DNA of 64,000 nucleotides from a virus, in the IMG/VR virus record IMGVR_UViG_3300025913_000030, positions 1 to 64,000 of that record; one strand, 5' to 3'. Position numbers and translations under genes: made by a program. Below are positions 36,149 through 44,429 of this stretch, piece after piece. How positions within the stretch are numbered: the first letter of the stretch is position 1; each line of letters begins with the position of its first letter. Below the pieces are notes generated by a model that did not search any database, was not told where the DNA came from, and saw only the letters and a list, made by a program, of their open reading frames with translations.

Positions 36149-36726
36149 CAGCGGTCGCTCCGCCCCGAGGTGTTCGCGCCGTGGTGGTTCCACACCCAGG
36201 TACGGCACGGCACGTGCATCACGGTGGCGCCCTGGGCGAGGCAGCCGAGCAGGAACCGCCGGTCCTCCCCCATCACGTCCCCAGGCCGCAGCGGCGCGGC
36301 CGGATCGGTGAACCCGACCGACTTCGCCAGCTCGGTCCGGACCATAATCGTGATCGTCGTGTCCTGCGGATTGGCGGGATCGAACGGCTTGCCGAAGTGG
36401 CCGAGCGGGTCCTGCTCGCTCAGCTTGCCGTTCTGCTCCAGGTAGAAGTACGAGTAGACGTAGTCGGCTCCCGAGTCCCACGCCGCGTCGCGGAGCACCT
36501 GCAGGTGCTCGGGCAAGAGGCGGTCATCGTCGTCGAGGAATGCGACCCAGTCCGTAACCACGAGGTCCAGTGCCCTCTGCCGTGTTCGTGCGGCTCCTTC
36601 GCGGTCGAAGTCGATGGCCGTGGCGATGCACTCAGGTTTCAGGGTCTGGTTTTCCGCCGACTCGCAGGCCTGACGGAAGAGTTGCCTGCGCGGTGGGATC
36701 GTGGGGATGGCCACCGTGATGTTCAC
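36145..36726 (-). CDS. Glycosyltransferase, GT2 (paralog)
   Basis: ITVAIPT, WVAFLDDDD, GED, and an NTSG..RW end shared with its neighbour. Confidence 0.85.
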   Translation of the reverse strand: MNITVAIPTIPPRRQLFRQACESAENQTLKPECIATAIDFDREGAARTRQRALDLVVTDWVAFLDDDDRLLPEHLQVLRDAAWDSGADYVYSYFYLEQNGKLSEQDPLGHFGKPFDPANPQDTTITIMVRTELAKSVGFTDPAAPLRPGDVMGEDRRFLLGCLAQGATVMHVPCRTWVWNHHGANTSGRSDRW

Positions 36727-37649
36727 GACGCGACCACCCCGGTCCAGCGTGTCGAGCGCAGCGCCTGTTCGATGCCTTGTTCGAGCGAGATCCGCGGCTG
36801 GTAGACCTTGCGCAGCTTGGTCGTGTCCGCCACCCGGTAGCGCACCCCGACCGGCTTGGCCGGCAGGTGCTCGATCTGCGGCCGGTAGCCTCCCCCGACC
36901 TTGTCGATTACCATCTCGGCGAGCTGGTTGAACGAAGTCGGCCGCCCGGTGCCGATGTTCAGCCGGCCCTGCACACCTTGTCCGAGCATGGCGAAGACCG
37001 CGCCGACGACATCGTCGATGTGCACGAAGTCGCGCACCTGCTCGCCGTCGCCCCAGATCTCGAACGGATCGGCGCGCCGCGCCGCGCGGGCGATGAACGA
37101 GGGGAAGGGATAGTCCAGCGGCTGGTCCTCGCCGTAACCGGAGAACGGGCGCACGACGAAGACCCGGTGGCCTTTCTCCTGGGCGTGCCTGACGAGCCGT
37201 TCGCCGGTCAGTTTCGCCCAGCCGTACGTGGCATCCGGCTCGCCGAAGAACTGGTCCACGGGCTCGGCCATGTCCTCGGACAGGTCGATGCGGTAGCCGC
37301 TGTTCTGGGTGGCGACAGGGTAGGCGGCCGAGCTGGAGAAGTAGATCGCGTCCGGGACGTTCGCGAGTTCCAGCCAGCGGAAGAAGATCGAGTCCAGGGC
37401 GAGGTTGGTCGCCACGGCGAGTGGCGAGCCGTCGATCTCCTCGCGTCCCTTGACGTGCGCTGCGCAGTGCACCGCGAGGTCGACCGTGCCGCGCACGTGC
37501 TCGCTGGTCCAGGCCGGGTTACGCAGGACGTCGAGCATGTCGTGACCATTGGCTAGGTCAATGCCATGAACCGTGTGACCTTGCCTGCGGAATTCGTCGG
37601 CCATGTGCCGACCAACGAACCCGGCGTGACCGGTGATCAGGACTCTCAT
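36723..37649 (-). CDS. NAD-dependent nucleotide-sugar epimerase/dehydratase
   Basis: TGHAGFVG, FSSSAAY, YGWAK (YxxxK) and GDGEQVRDFVHIDD motifs. Confidence 0.92.
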   Translation of the reverse strand: MRVLITGHAGFVGRHMADEFRRQGHTVHGIDLANGHDMLDVLRNPAWTSEHVRGTVDLAVHCAAHVKGREEIDGSPLAVATNLALDSIFFRWLELANVPDAIYFSSSAAYPVATQNSGYRIDLSEDMAEPVDQFFGEPDATYGWAKLTGERLVRHAQEKGHRVFVVRPFSGYGEDQPLDYPFPSFIARAARRADPFEIWGDGEQVRDFVHIDDVVGAVFAMLGQGVQGRLNIGTGRPTSFNQLAEMVIDKVGGGYRPQIEHLPAKPVGVRYRVADTTKLRKVYQPRISLEQGIEQALRSTRWTGVVAS

Positions 37650-38263
37650 CCGCGTACTCCCGTCAGGATCTGGAACATCCCGCGCAGCTCCTGCCGGACC
37701 ACCCGGTATCCGCCCTGCTCGAGCAACGCGCGGTAGCCATCCGGATCCCAGGCCCAGGTGTGAAATTCGTAGGCGCTGCCCGGACGCTCGGTCCACGGGG
37801 AGGAGGCGACCAGGACCCTGCTCTGGACGAGGGACTTGACGAACCAGTGCGGGTCGATCAGGTGCTCGAGCATCTCGGTGCACACGGAGATGTCCCCGAA
37901 CCGGATCGGATGCATCGGGCCGTCCGGCTCCAGACGGAGCCAGCCCTCGACGACGTCACCCAGCGAGACACTGACACCGCGCTCGTTGCGGGCCGCGTCC
38001 ACGTTCGTCTGCTGAAGGTCGTACCCCCACGCCGCGAGGCTCGGGTCGAGGATCGAGAGCAGTCCACCGTCGCCGGCTCCGAGGTCGGAGACTGTGGTCA
38101 GGCCGTAAGCCTCGGCGGCGAAGTGCACCTGGGCGGCAGCCTCGATCAGCCGCTCTCGGTGCGCGCCCTGCTCCAGGTGCGGCGCGCGGTCGCGGCCCGC
38201 GTACCAGGACGGCTTCGTGTACTCGGGGACGGTGCCCTCGGGGAAGAGACGCCACTCGCCCAT
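37646..38263 (-). CDS. Class I SAM-dependent methyltransferase
   Basis: DLGAGDG motif I; CTEMLEHL. Confidence 0.85.
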   Translation of the reverse strand: MGEWRLFPEGTVPEYTKPSWYAGRDRAPHLEQGAHRERLIEAAAQVHFAAEAYGLTTVSDLGAGDGGLLSILDPSLAAWGYDLQQTNVDAARNERGVSVSLGDVVEGWLRLEPDGPMHPIRFGDISVCTEMLEHLIDPHWFVKSLVQSRVLVASSPWTERPGSAYEFHTWAWDPDGYRALLEQGGYRVVRQELRGMFQILTGVRG

Positions 38264-38943
38264 CAGCACAGCCCCGCCGTGTGCAGCTTCTCCAGCGCGG
38301 CCGGCAGCCCGGCCCGCTTGAACTCCTCGAACACCGCGCCGTCGCTCGCGTACTGCTCGGCGCTGTTGACTTCGGCGTACCGCTCGTCCATCGGCGCCTT
38401 GCCCGCGGTGGGGTGCAGGTGCTCGATCACGACGTTGGGCAGGTAGCGCAGCCTCCCCATGCCCTCCCCGAGCGCCTTCCAGGCGTCGTCGAGGTAGAGG
38501 TGCACCATCCCGGGCGGGCACATCCACCCGAGCGCGGCCGGGATGTTCGAGGTCATGAACACCGCCGTGGGGAGCCGTTCGTGCTGCAGCAGGTCGTCGC
38601 CGTAAACGATGGCCGCGCCCATCCCGTCGAGGACCTTGCAGACCATCTCGTCCCAGCGCGGCGTGCGCGGGCGGTGGTCGTCGCCCATGAACCCGATCGC
38701 GTCGTAATCGGGGAAGCTCTCGGCCAGCCAGTTGAGCGTCGGTCCGAGCCGGCGGCGCGGGCCGACCACGTTGCTCGCCCAGGTGCCGTTCCACACGTCC
38801 AGGGCCAGGTACTCGGGCAGGGCCGGATCGTCCTCGTCGAGGGCGACGAGTAGATCGGCGTACCAGGAGAAGGTCTCCTGCCAGCTCTCGGCGAGCTGTG
38901 CGATGTTGCCGGGCCGTCCCCGGGACGGGACGAAGACCACCAT
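38263..38943 (-). CDS. Glycosyltransferase (GT-A fold)
   Basis: VPSRGRP, FMGDDH, HLYLDD and IEHLHP motifs. Confidence 0.75.
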   Translation of the reverse strand: MVVFVPSRGRPGNIAQLAESWQETFSWYADLLVALDEDDPALPEYLALDVWNGTWASNVVGPRRRLGPTLNWLAESFPDYDAIGFMGDDHRPRTPRWDEMVCKVLDGMGAAIVYGDDLLQHERLPTAVFMTSNIPAALGWMCPPGMVHLYLDDAWKALGEGMGRLRYLPNVVIEHLHPTAGKAPMDERYAEVNSAEQYASDGAVFEEFKRAGLPAALEKLHTAGLC

Positions 38944-38986
38944 GGGGGCCAAAGGGATACTCCTCGCGTATCGGGGCGAAGCGAGC

Positions 38987-40024
38987 CTAGCTTGACCGAT
39001 AGTCACGCGGCCAGTAGGCGGCGCGCCAGCTGCCGAGGTGCCTGTCGATCGTGTAGTTGCGTGCGTGTTCACGCGCTGCCCTGCCCATGCGCTCGCGCAG
39101 GCCGTCGTCGGTGACCAGCTCGTGCAGGTAGCGCTCCCACTCGTGCTCGCGCCGCACGAGAAATCCGGTCTCCCCATGCTTGACGAAGTCCCGGTAGGCC
39201 GGCGAATCCGAGGCCACCACGGGGATTCCCATCGCCGCGTATTCCAGGGCCTTGAGATGCGACTTCGACCGGTTGAACGGGTGATCGCTCAACGGTGCGA
39301 TGCCGACGTCGAAGCGCAGCATGCCGTAGTAGGCGGACGGGTTGGAGAAGATCGGCGTCCACGGGGCGAAGTCCGCGACCGGCGCGCGCACCAGGGCTTG
39401 GTGCTCCGTGCCCGTGTACCGCATGCGGATCTCGGGGTGACGGCTGAAGAACCTGCGCAGGTGCCGTGCTGCGACTTCGAAGTCGCCGAGATGGGTTGCC
39501 GACCCACCCCACCCGATCGTCAGCCGGTCCGTGACGGGAACCGGCAGGTCGAACACCGCCGGGTCGAGACAGTTCGGCACGATGTGCACGAGCGAGGGAT
39601 CGGCGCCGTAGTCGGCGGCGCGCTGTGCCAGGTACGGGGTGGAGACGGTGATCGCGTCCGCGGAGCGCAGGTTGGCCAGGATGTTGGCGCGCCGCTGGTC
39701 GTTGTCGAAGTAGGCGCGCGCCTGCAGGTTCTTCTCGTCGATGCCGAGCAGGTCGTCATCGATCTCGTAGACGCGGCGCACCTGGCCGCGCAGGTTGCGC
39801 CAGATCTCCGTGGGACCGGTGTGGCACGAGCGCTGCCCGACCACGACCTGGCCGGCGGTCAGTGTGCGCACGTCGAGCTTGTCGCTGTAGGAGACGTCCG
39901 CCTCTCCCGTTCGGGCGAGGGCGTCGAGCGGGACCTTGATCCGGTAGTAGCCGCAGCCCTGCCGATCTGCGAGCCAGCCGTGGATCCGGCCGCGGTGAAA
40001 AGGGGACGGATGACAAATAGTCAC
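38987..40024 (-). CDS. Glycosyltransferase, GT4-like (GT-B fold)
   Basis: YEIDDDL, ADAITVSTPYL and KSHLKALEYAAMGIPVVASD motifs; start uncertain. Confidence 0.88.
   Translation of the reverse strand: MTICHPSPFHRGRIHGWLADRQGCGYYRIKVPLDALARTGEADVSYSDKLDVRTLTAGQVVVGQRSCHTGPTEIWRNLRGQVRRVYEIDDDLLGIDEKNLQARAYFDNDQRRANILANLRSADAITVSTPYLAQRAADYGADPSLVHIVPNCLDPAVFDLPVPVTDRLTIGWGGSATHLGDFEVAARHLRRFFSRHPEIRMRYTGTEHQALVRAPVADFAPWTPIFSNPSAYYGMLRFDVGIAPLSDHPFNRSKSHLKALEYAAMGIPVVASDSPAYRDFVKHGETGFLVRREHEWERYLHELVTDDGLRERMGRAAREHARNYTIDRHLGSWRAAYWPRDYRSS
38992..39006 (+). promoter_or_regulatory. 15-bp motif
   Basis: TTGACCGATAGTCAC. Confidence 0.65.
40010..40024 (+). promoter_or_regulatory. 15-bp motif (1 mismatch)
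   Basis: ATGACAAATAGTCAC in the divergent gap between the GT and lysis genes. Confidence 0.6.
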
Positions 40025-40085
40025 AGTTAGACATTAGCAGGTTTATACCAGGACAATGAGGTCTGACGAGGGAGGAGGACCAGGG

Positions 40086-40388
40086 GTGATCGCGTGGCTG
40101 CATTCGCTTCCCTGGGCCCCGATTACGGCCGCCAGCCTTGTCGGTACTTTCGTCCTGATGGTGTGGCGCGGTACTTTGGTGCCGAAAGCCACTTTTGATG
40201 CGGTTTGCCGGATTCAGGAGTCGCGCCTGGCTGACAAGAGCCGGGAGAGCGACGACTGGAGGAACGCCTATCTGAACTCTGAGAAGGCGCGCTCACTGAC
40301 CGACCAACAACTGGCCCGGATGCTGGAGCTGTTGCAGAGTACCGACCTGTTCATCAGGTCGTTACCGAGGAGCGGTGATCCCGATTAA
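40086..40388 (+). CDS. Holin-like membrane protein
   Basis: One transmembrane helix plus a coiled coil, upstream of the lysin; GGAGGAGG RBS. Confidence 0.6.
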   Translation: MIAWLHSLPWAPITAASLVGTFVLMVWRGTLVPKATFDAVCRIQESRLADKSRESDDWRNAYLNSEKARSLTDQQLARMLELLQSTDLFIRSLPRSGDPD

Positions 40389-40575
40389 GCGCTTGAGACG
40401 GCGCCGTAAGGCGCGCCAGGACGAGGAGACGCGCTCCTTCGGTTGCGAGAAGGCAGCCGCAGCGAAGGATGCGAGCGCCCGCGAGCTGGAAGCCGTCATA
40501 CAGCGCGACAAGGTGATCCGAGCCCTGCCGGGACTGCTGCTTGCCCACGCCCATCACCGGGAGCCTGTCCGATGA
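40375..40575 (+). CDS. Small lysis-cassette protein
   Basis: Overlaps both neighbours. Confidence 0.45.
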   Translation: MIPIKRLRRRRKARQDEETRSFGCEKAAAAKDASARELEAVIQRDKVIRALPGLLLAHAHHREPVR

Positions 40576-41372
40576 CACGCACGATGATCGACGGCGTCAA
40601 CACCGACGCCCCACGGATGCCGACGACCGGCATCCAACTGGTCGCAGGGTACGTAGACGGACTGTACGCCTGGTCCCAGGAAGACTGGGACCGCTTCCCG
40701 CCCGGTGTCATCCGCGTCCGCATCGCAGTGTTCAGCACCACCAACGACGGCCACATCCTGGACGTCGAGCCCGGCAACGCGACCCCCGCACAGGCGGTCG
40801 ACTGGGTGCTGATGCGCCGCAGGGCCGGCGCCGATCCGACCATCTACTGCAGCGTCTCCAACTGGCCGGCGCTGCGCGCCGCGTTCGCCGCCCGCAGCGT
40901 CGCCGAACCGCACTGGTGGCTCGCCGCCTACGACGACGTCGCCGTCATCCCGGCCGGGACGGTCGCCAAGCAGTACAACGACGACCTGCATCTGCACCAG
41001 CCTTACGACATCTCGGTCGTCGCGGACTACTGGCCCGGCGTCGACCCCGCCGACCCGCCCTCGAACCATGGCTCCGTCAGGAGAAACGACATGCACATCC
41101 CCTTGAAGCCGGGAGACCCGGTGGTCTTCACCAACCCGGCCGCAGCCCTCGGCGGGACTTCCCGCATGCTGGTCGCGAGCGATTTCGGAGACCTGAAGAT
41201 CCGGATCGCCACCTACAGCTGGGCGACGAAGGGCTGGACGGTCCACGACGAGGTGTCCGTCGACTCGAAGGGCCCGGCGTACGCGCTCGACCTGCCGCCG
41301 GACACCAACAAGGTCTCGGTCGGCGTGGACGCCGACTCGACCGGTATCGGCGGTCTGGTCGTTCTCGCCTGA
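40572..41372 (+). CDS. Endolysin (GH25-like TIM-barrel muramidase)
   Basis: LDVEPG, PTIYCS, WWLAAY, VAKQY and YDISVV motifs. Confidence 0.78.
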   Translation: MTRTMIDGVNTDAPRMPTTGIQLVAGYVDGLYAWSQEDWDRFPPGVIRVRIAVFSTTNDGHILDVEPGNATPAQAVDWVLMRRRAGADPTIYCSVSNWPALRAAFAARSVAEPHWWLAAYDDVAVIPAGTVAKQYNDDLHLHQPYDISVVADYWPGVDPADPPSNHGSVRRNDMHIPLKPGDPVVFTNPAAALGGTSRMLVASDFGDLKIRIATYSWATKGWTVHDEVSVDSKGPAYALDLPPDTNKVSVGVDADSTGIGGLVVLA

Positions 41373-41587
41373 TGGGCGAGAAGACGAAGCACGCGCTGCG
41401 CGCCGCGCTCTCTGCCCTGGTCGCCATCTGCGGCGTGGTCCCGCTGGTTCTCGGGACCGGCAGCCCAGGCTCGCAGGCCGGCTGGGCGGCGGGAGCCGTC
41501 GCCGCGGCCGGTCTCGTCAACCGGTTGCTCGCGGCAGCCGACCCCTACCTGCCCGCGTGGCTGAGGGTAGGGCCGCCGCGCCCGTGA
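41372..41587 (+). CDS. Holin
   Basis: Two hydrophobic helices and LPAWLR; follows the lysin. Confidence 0.65.
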   Translation: MGEKTKHALRAALSALVAICGVVPLVLGTGSPGSQAGWAAGAVAAAGLVNRLLAAADPYLPAWLRVGPPRP

Positions 41588-41597
41588 TCTCGCCTGA

Positions 41598-41626
41598 TTG
41601 ACGGAAAGTCACGATCTGGCTAAGAT
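41598..41626 (+). promoter_or_regulatory. Promoter with the 15-bp motif (leaderless)
   Basis: TTGACGGAAAGTCAC; TTGACG-N17-TAAGAT, with ATG 6 nt later. Confidence 0.75.
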
Positions 41627-41632
41627 CACCGT

Positions 41633-41917
41633 ATGAGTGTGCAGCGTCCTGTCTCCCAGATGCAGTTCGCCGCGGACGTAGGGTGCCACTACACCCTGGT
41701 CACGCGGTACCGCAACGGCGAGAGACTGCCCACGGTCGAGCACCTCGCCAAGATGATCGAGACGTACGACCTCGATCCCATGGAGGCGATCAAGGCCGTG
41801 AACAAGGCGAACGAGCGTGACGCTCAGGGTGAGAAGAAGTACCCGAAGGCGTTCGCGACCTACCTGCGGGACAACATCTTCACCGCCCCGCCCGCGGCGA
41901 AGAAGAAGGCGAAGTAA
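41633..41917 (+). CDS. XRE-family HTH regulator
   Basis: SQMQFAADVGCHYTLVTRYRNGERLP. Confidence 0.8.
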   Translation: MSVQRPVSQMQFAADVGCHYTLVTRYRNGERLPTVEHLAKMIETYDLDPMEAIKAVNKANERDAQGEKKYPKAFATYLRDNIFTAPPAAKKKAK

Positions 41918-41950
41918 GGGAGCCCGGCTCATCGAGCCGGGCTCCCTTTT
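41916..41950 (+). terminator. Intrinsic terminator
   Basis: 15-bp stem AAGGGAGCCCGGCTC/GAGCCGGGCTCCCTT ending in TTTT. Confidence 0.8.
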
Positions 41951-41960
41951 CCTCGTAGTA

Positions 41961-42009
41961 TTGACAGATAGTCACATCAGCGGCAGACTCTTCTTTGACA
42001 GATAGTCAC
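41961..42009 (+). promoter_or_regulatory. Promoter with two tandem 15-bp motifs
   Basis: TTGACAGATAGTCAC at 41961 and 41995; TTGACA-N17-CAGACT. Confidence 0.8.
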
Positions 42010-42025
42010 AGGGGAGGAGCTACCG

Positions 42026-42376
42026 ATGACCCAGTCCCAGATCCGCGCCCGTGTCACCGCACTGCGCATGCGCCGGCTGGCCCGCGTCGCTCGTGTCTAC
42101 GCCCTCTTCGCACGGCTGGTCCAGAAGCCGGTCACGGTCGAGTCCTTCCTGCGTTCTCGCGGCCTGTCCGGCGGCGTGCTGCGCTCGGTCTGGGGCACCT
42201 TCGGCGAGCGCGTCAAGGCGCTGTACAGCGAACTGCGTGGCGGCCGGAAGCCCACGAGCATCTGGCAGACCATCACCTCCCCGTCAGGCAAGGTGCGCGA
42301 GGTCGAGGTGGCCGCGTACCGCGTCAGCGACCTGCCGCTGCTGCAGGCCGTCTGGAACCAGTTCTACGCGATCTGA
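42026..42376 (+). CDS. Basic hypothetical protein
   Basis: GGAGGAG RBS. Confidence 0.65.
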   Translation: MTQSQIRARVTALRMRRLARVARVYALFARLVQKPVTVESFLRSRGLSGGVLRSVWGTFGERVKALYSELRGGRKPTSIWQTITSPSGKVREVEVAAYRVSDLPLLQAVWNQFYAI

Positions 42377-42385
42377 GAGGTACAC

Positions 42386-42910
42386 ATGGCCACTGCTACA
42401 CCCCGCGATGACGCCGCCGACGCTGCCGAGATCCTGCACGAGGACAAGGTCTCCGAGGTCGTGCAACACGCACTCAAGCAGCTCGAGGGCAAGCGCTGGG
42501 TTCTCTTCCACGCGAAGGACTACCTGCTCGGCGTGCTGCAGTTGCTCGAGGCGCGCAACCTGCTGCGCGACGTCAAGCGCGAGGCGGAGATGGACAAGGT
42601 CGTCCGGGAGACGCGCGCTGCCTTGGAGGCACGTGTGAAGGGGTACTTCCGTCTCGCGCGCATCGCCGCCGAGATCCTGCCGGCCAGTTACCGTGCCGAG
42701 GTGGATCGCATCTACAACGTGCGCACCATGGAGGAGCTGGACAACACTGCTGTGACCAAGATCGAGGCCGCCGGCTGGGCGCACGCCGGGTCCGGTCCGG
42801 ACGCCATCGCCCTGGCGAAGGTCCGCAAGTTGGCGCGTGAGAGCTACAAGCGCCAGACGATCAAGCGCGCCGACCTGCTCGAGGCGCTGGGCATCAGCGA
42901 CGGTAGATAA
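42386..42910 (+). CDS. Hypothetical protein
   Basis: GAGG RBS; helical. Confidence 0.65.
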   Translation: MATATPRDDAADAAEILHEDKVSEVVQHALKQLEGKRWVLFHAKDYLLGVLQLLEARNLLRDVKREAEMDKVVRETRAALEARVKGYFRLARIAAEILPASYRAEVDRIYNVRTMEELDNTAVTKIEAAGWAHAGSGPDAIALAKVRKLARESYKRQTIKRADLLEALGISDGR

Positions 42911-42926
42911 GGAAGCTGATACGCAA

Positions 42927-42957
42927 GAAGGGCCCGGCTCGTTGAGCCGGGCCCTTC
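42927..42957. terminator. Terminator hairpin between convergent genes
   Basis: 14-bp stem GAAGGGCCCGGCTC/GAGCCGGGCCCTTC. Confidence 0.75.
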
Positions 42958-42958
42958 G

Positions 42959-43192
42959 TCATGCGCGCACCCAGACACCGGGTGCGCGCCAGAAACCGTG
43001 CGTGCCGCACTCCCGGCACTCGATGGAAGGACTCAGCGATCCGTCGGGCAGCCACTGCCAGCCTTCGGGACCGAGCGGGAGTTTGCCGCCGATGTCGTCC
43101 CACCCGGCGTGGACCCCGGTACAGGCATGGAAGAAGACAGGATGGTTATCGACCGGATCGCGCTCGACACGCGGCAGAGCCTTGTCAGGCAC
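42959..43192 (-). CDS. Small Cys/His protein
   Basis: LSPSIECRECGTHGFW. Confidence 0.55.
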   Translation of the reverse strand: MPDKALPRVERDPVDNHPVFFHACTGVHAGWDDIGGKLPLGPEGWQWLPDGSLSPSIECRECGTHGFWRAPGVWVRA

Positions 43193-43357
43193 TGTGCGTC
43201 AGCGGATGCCGGAAGGCGGGCGTACAGTCCGGGCAGACGCACCTCTGGGTCGCTGGATCCCAGCAGTGGGGACAGGAACAGACACATGAGCGGGACTCGC
43301 CGAGGTGCTGGTGTGCGGTCTCGGGCTCGGTCTGCGAGGCCGACTGGAGCGCCGGCA

Positions 43358-43585
43358 TCAGAACTTCACCAGTTGCGTTGAGCTGTAGCCTTGGCCGAAC
43401 CCGTCACCGTCCCCGGTCCACTCCACGATCGGGTGCGCGGTGTCCTGGGCGAACGGGTCCATGTGCACGCCCGTGACGACGCCCTCCTGCCCCGACAGGC
43501 GGTGCTGGACGCGGTCCCCCGGCGTGTAGGCCGGGTTGCCGCTGCGGTCCCCGGGCGGCTGGTCGGTGGCGACCTCGAGCGTCAT
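43358..43585 (-). CDS. SH3/KOW-like paralog
   Basis: PGDRVQHRLSGQEGVVTG...PIVEW...QGYS. Confidence 0.65.
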   Translation of the reverse strand: MTLEVATDQPPGDRSGNPAYTPGDRVQHRLSGQEGVVTGVHMDPFAQDTAHPIVEWTGDGDGFGQGYSSTQLVKF

Positions 43586-43986
43586 CGCGCCCTCCTGGGA
43601 GCATCAGAAACAGCGTCCTGAGTACCGCTGTACAAGTCGACCGGTGTGGCGCCGACCGGGCGGATCGAGTTCGGCGCGATGCCCTGGGCGAGTGAGGCGT
43701 CCTCGCCCGCGAAGGCTACGCGCGGCATCACGCGAGCGGTGTGCGGATCACGGTGGTGGCCGACCACGGTGCCCTCGCCGAGCGTGCGGTGCACGACCCG
43801 GTCGCCGACCTGATGCGCCGGAGTCGGCTCCATGCGCTGATCCTGATTCATCTCGGCCGCGCCCCGCGGATGATGGGTGTTGGCGAGTTCCTGCGGGATG
43901 ACCGTGCCGAGATCGGGTCCGCCGGCCGACGGGCCGCCGTCCCCTGTGCTCTGATACGGGCCGCCGCCCTCGAACTGAGCCCTCAT
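43582..43986 (-). CDS. SH3/KOW-like paralog
   Basis: VGDRVVHRTLGEGTVVG...PRVAF...QGIA; TACTCT 7 nt before the ATG. Confidence 0.6.
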   Translation of the reverse strand: MRAQFEGGGPYQSTGDGGPSAGGPDLGTVIPQELANTHHPRGAAEMNQDQRMEPTPAHQVGDRVVHRTLGEGTVVGHHRDPHTARVMPRVAFAGEDASLAQGIAPNSIRPVGATPVDLYSGTQDAVSDAPRRAR

Positions 43987-44012
43987 GTCAACCAGAGTAC
44001 ATCGGGGCACTG

Positions 44013-44053
44013 AAAAGAGAACCGCCCCAGTCGGCCTCGACGACTGGGGCGGT
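44013..44053 (-). terminator. Intrinsic terminator ending the Y RNA/Ro60/tRNA unit
   Basis: 13-bp stem followed by UCUCUUUU on the minus strand. Confidence 0.8.
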
Positions 44054-44247
44054 CCAAGTCTGGCTGATCAACTGCCTGCCGTGTCCTAGCAGATCCTCGC
44101 GGATGGCGCGCGCACCGTCCTTGAATCAACTACCCGGAGCTGACGAGGCTCCTTGAACCACTGCAAACAGGCGGGGGAAGACCGCAGCAACCTTACTCCC
44201 GCTTTGACCCGCGCCCCTCACCGGTCAAGGCTACTCACGCGGATATG

Positions 44248-44321
<74 letters not shown>

Positions 44322-44429
44322 GTGAACCGGATTGCCGCCCCCGGCTCTGCTGGCCCATACACCTCAGCACGGTCCGGCTTCCCGGACTTACCTAGCCAGC
44401 CCCGCACATCCGAGGATGCGTCCACCACC

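Noticed and set aside
44136-44170. Hammerhead ribozyme on the plus strand (CTGACGA)
   Set aside because: There is no stem II followed by GAAA, and the heptamer is part of a simple hairpin.
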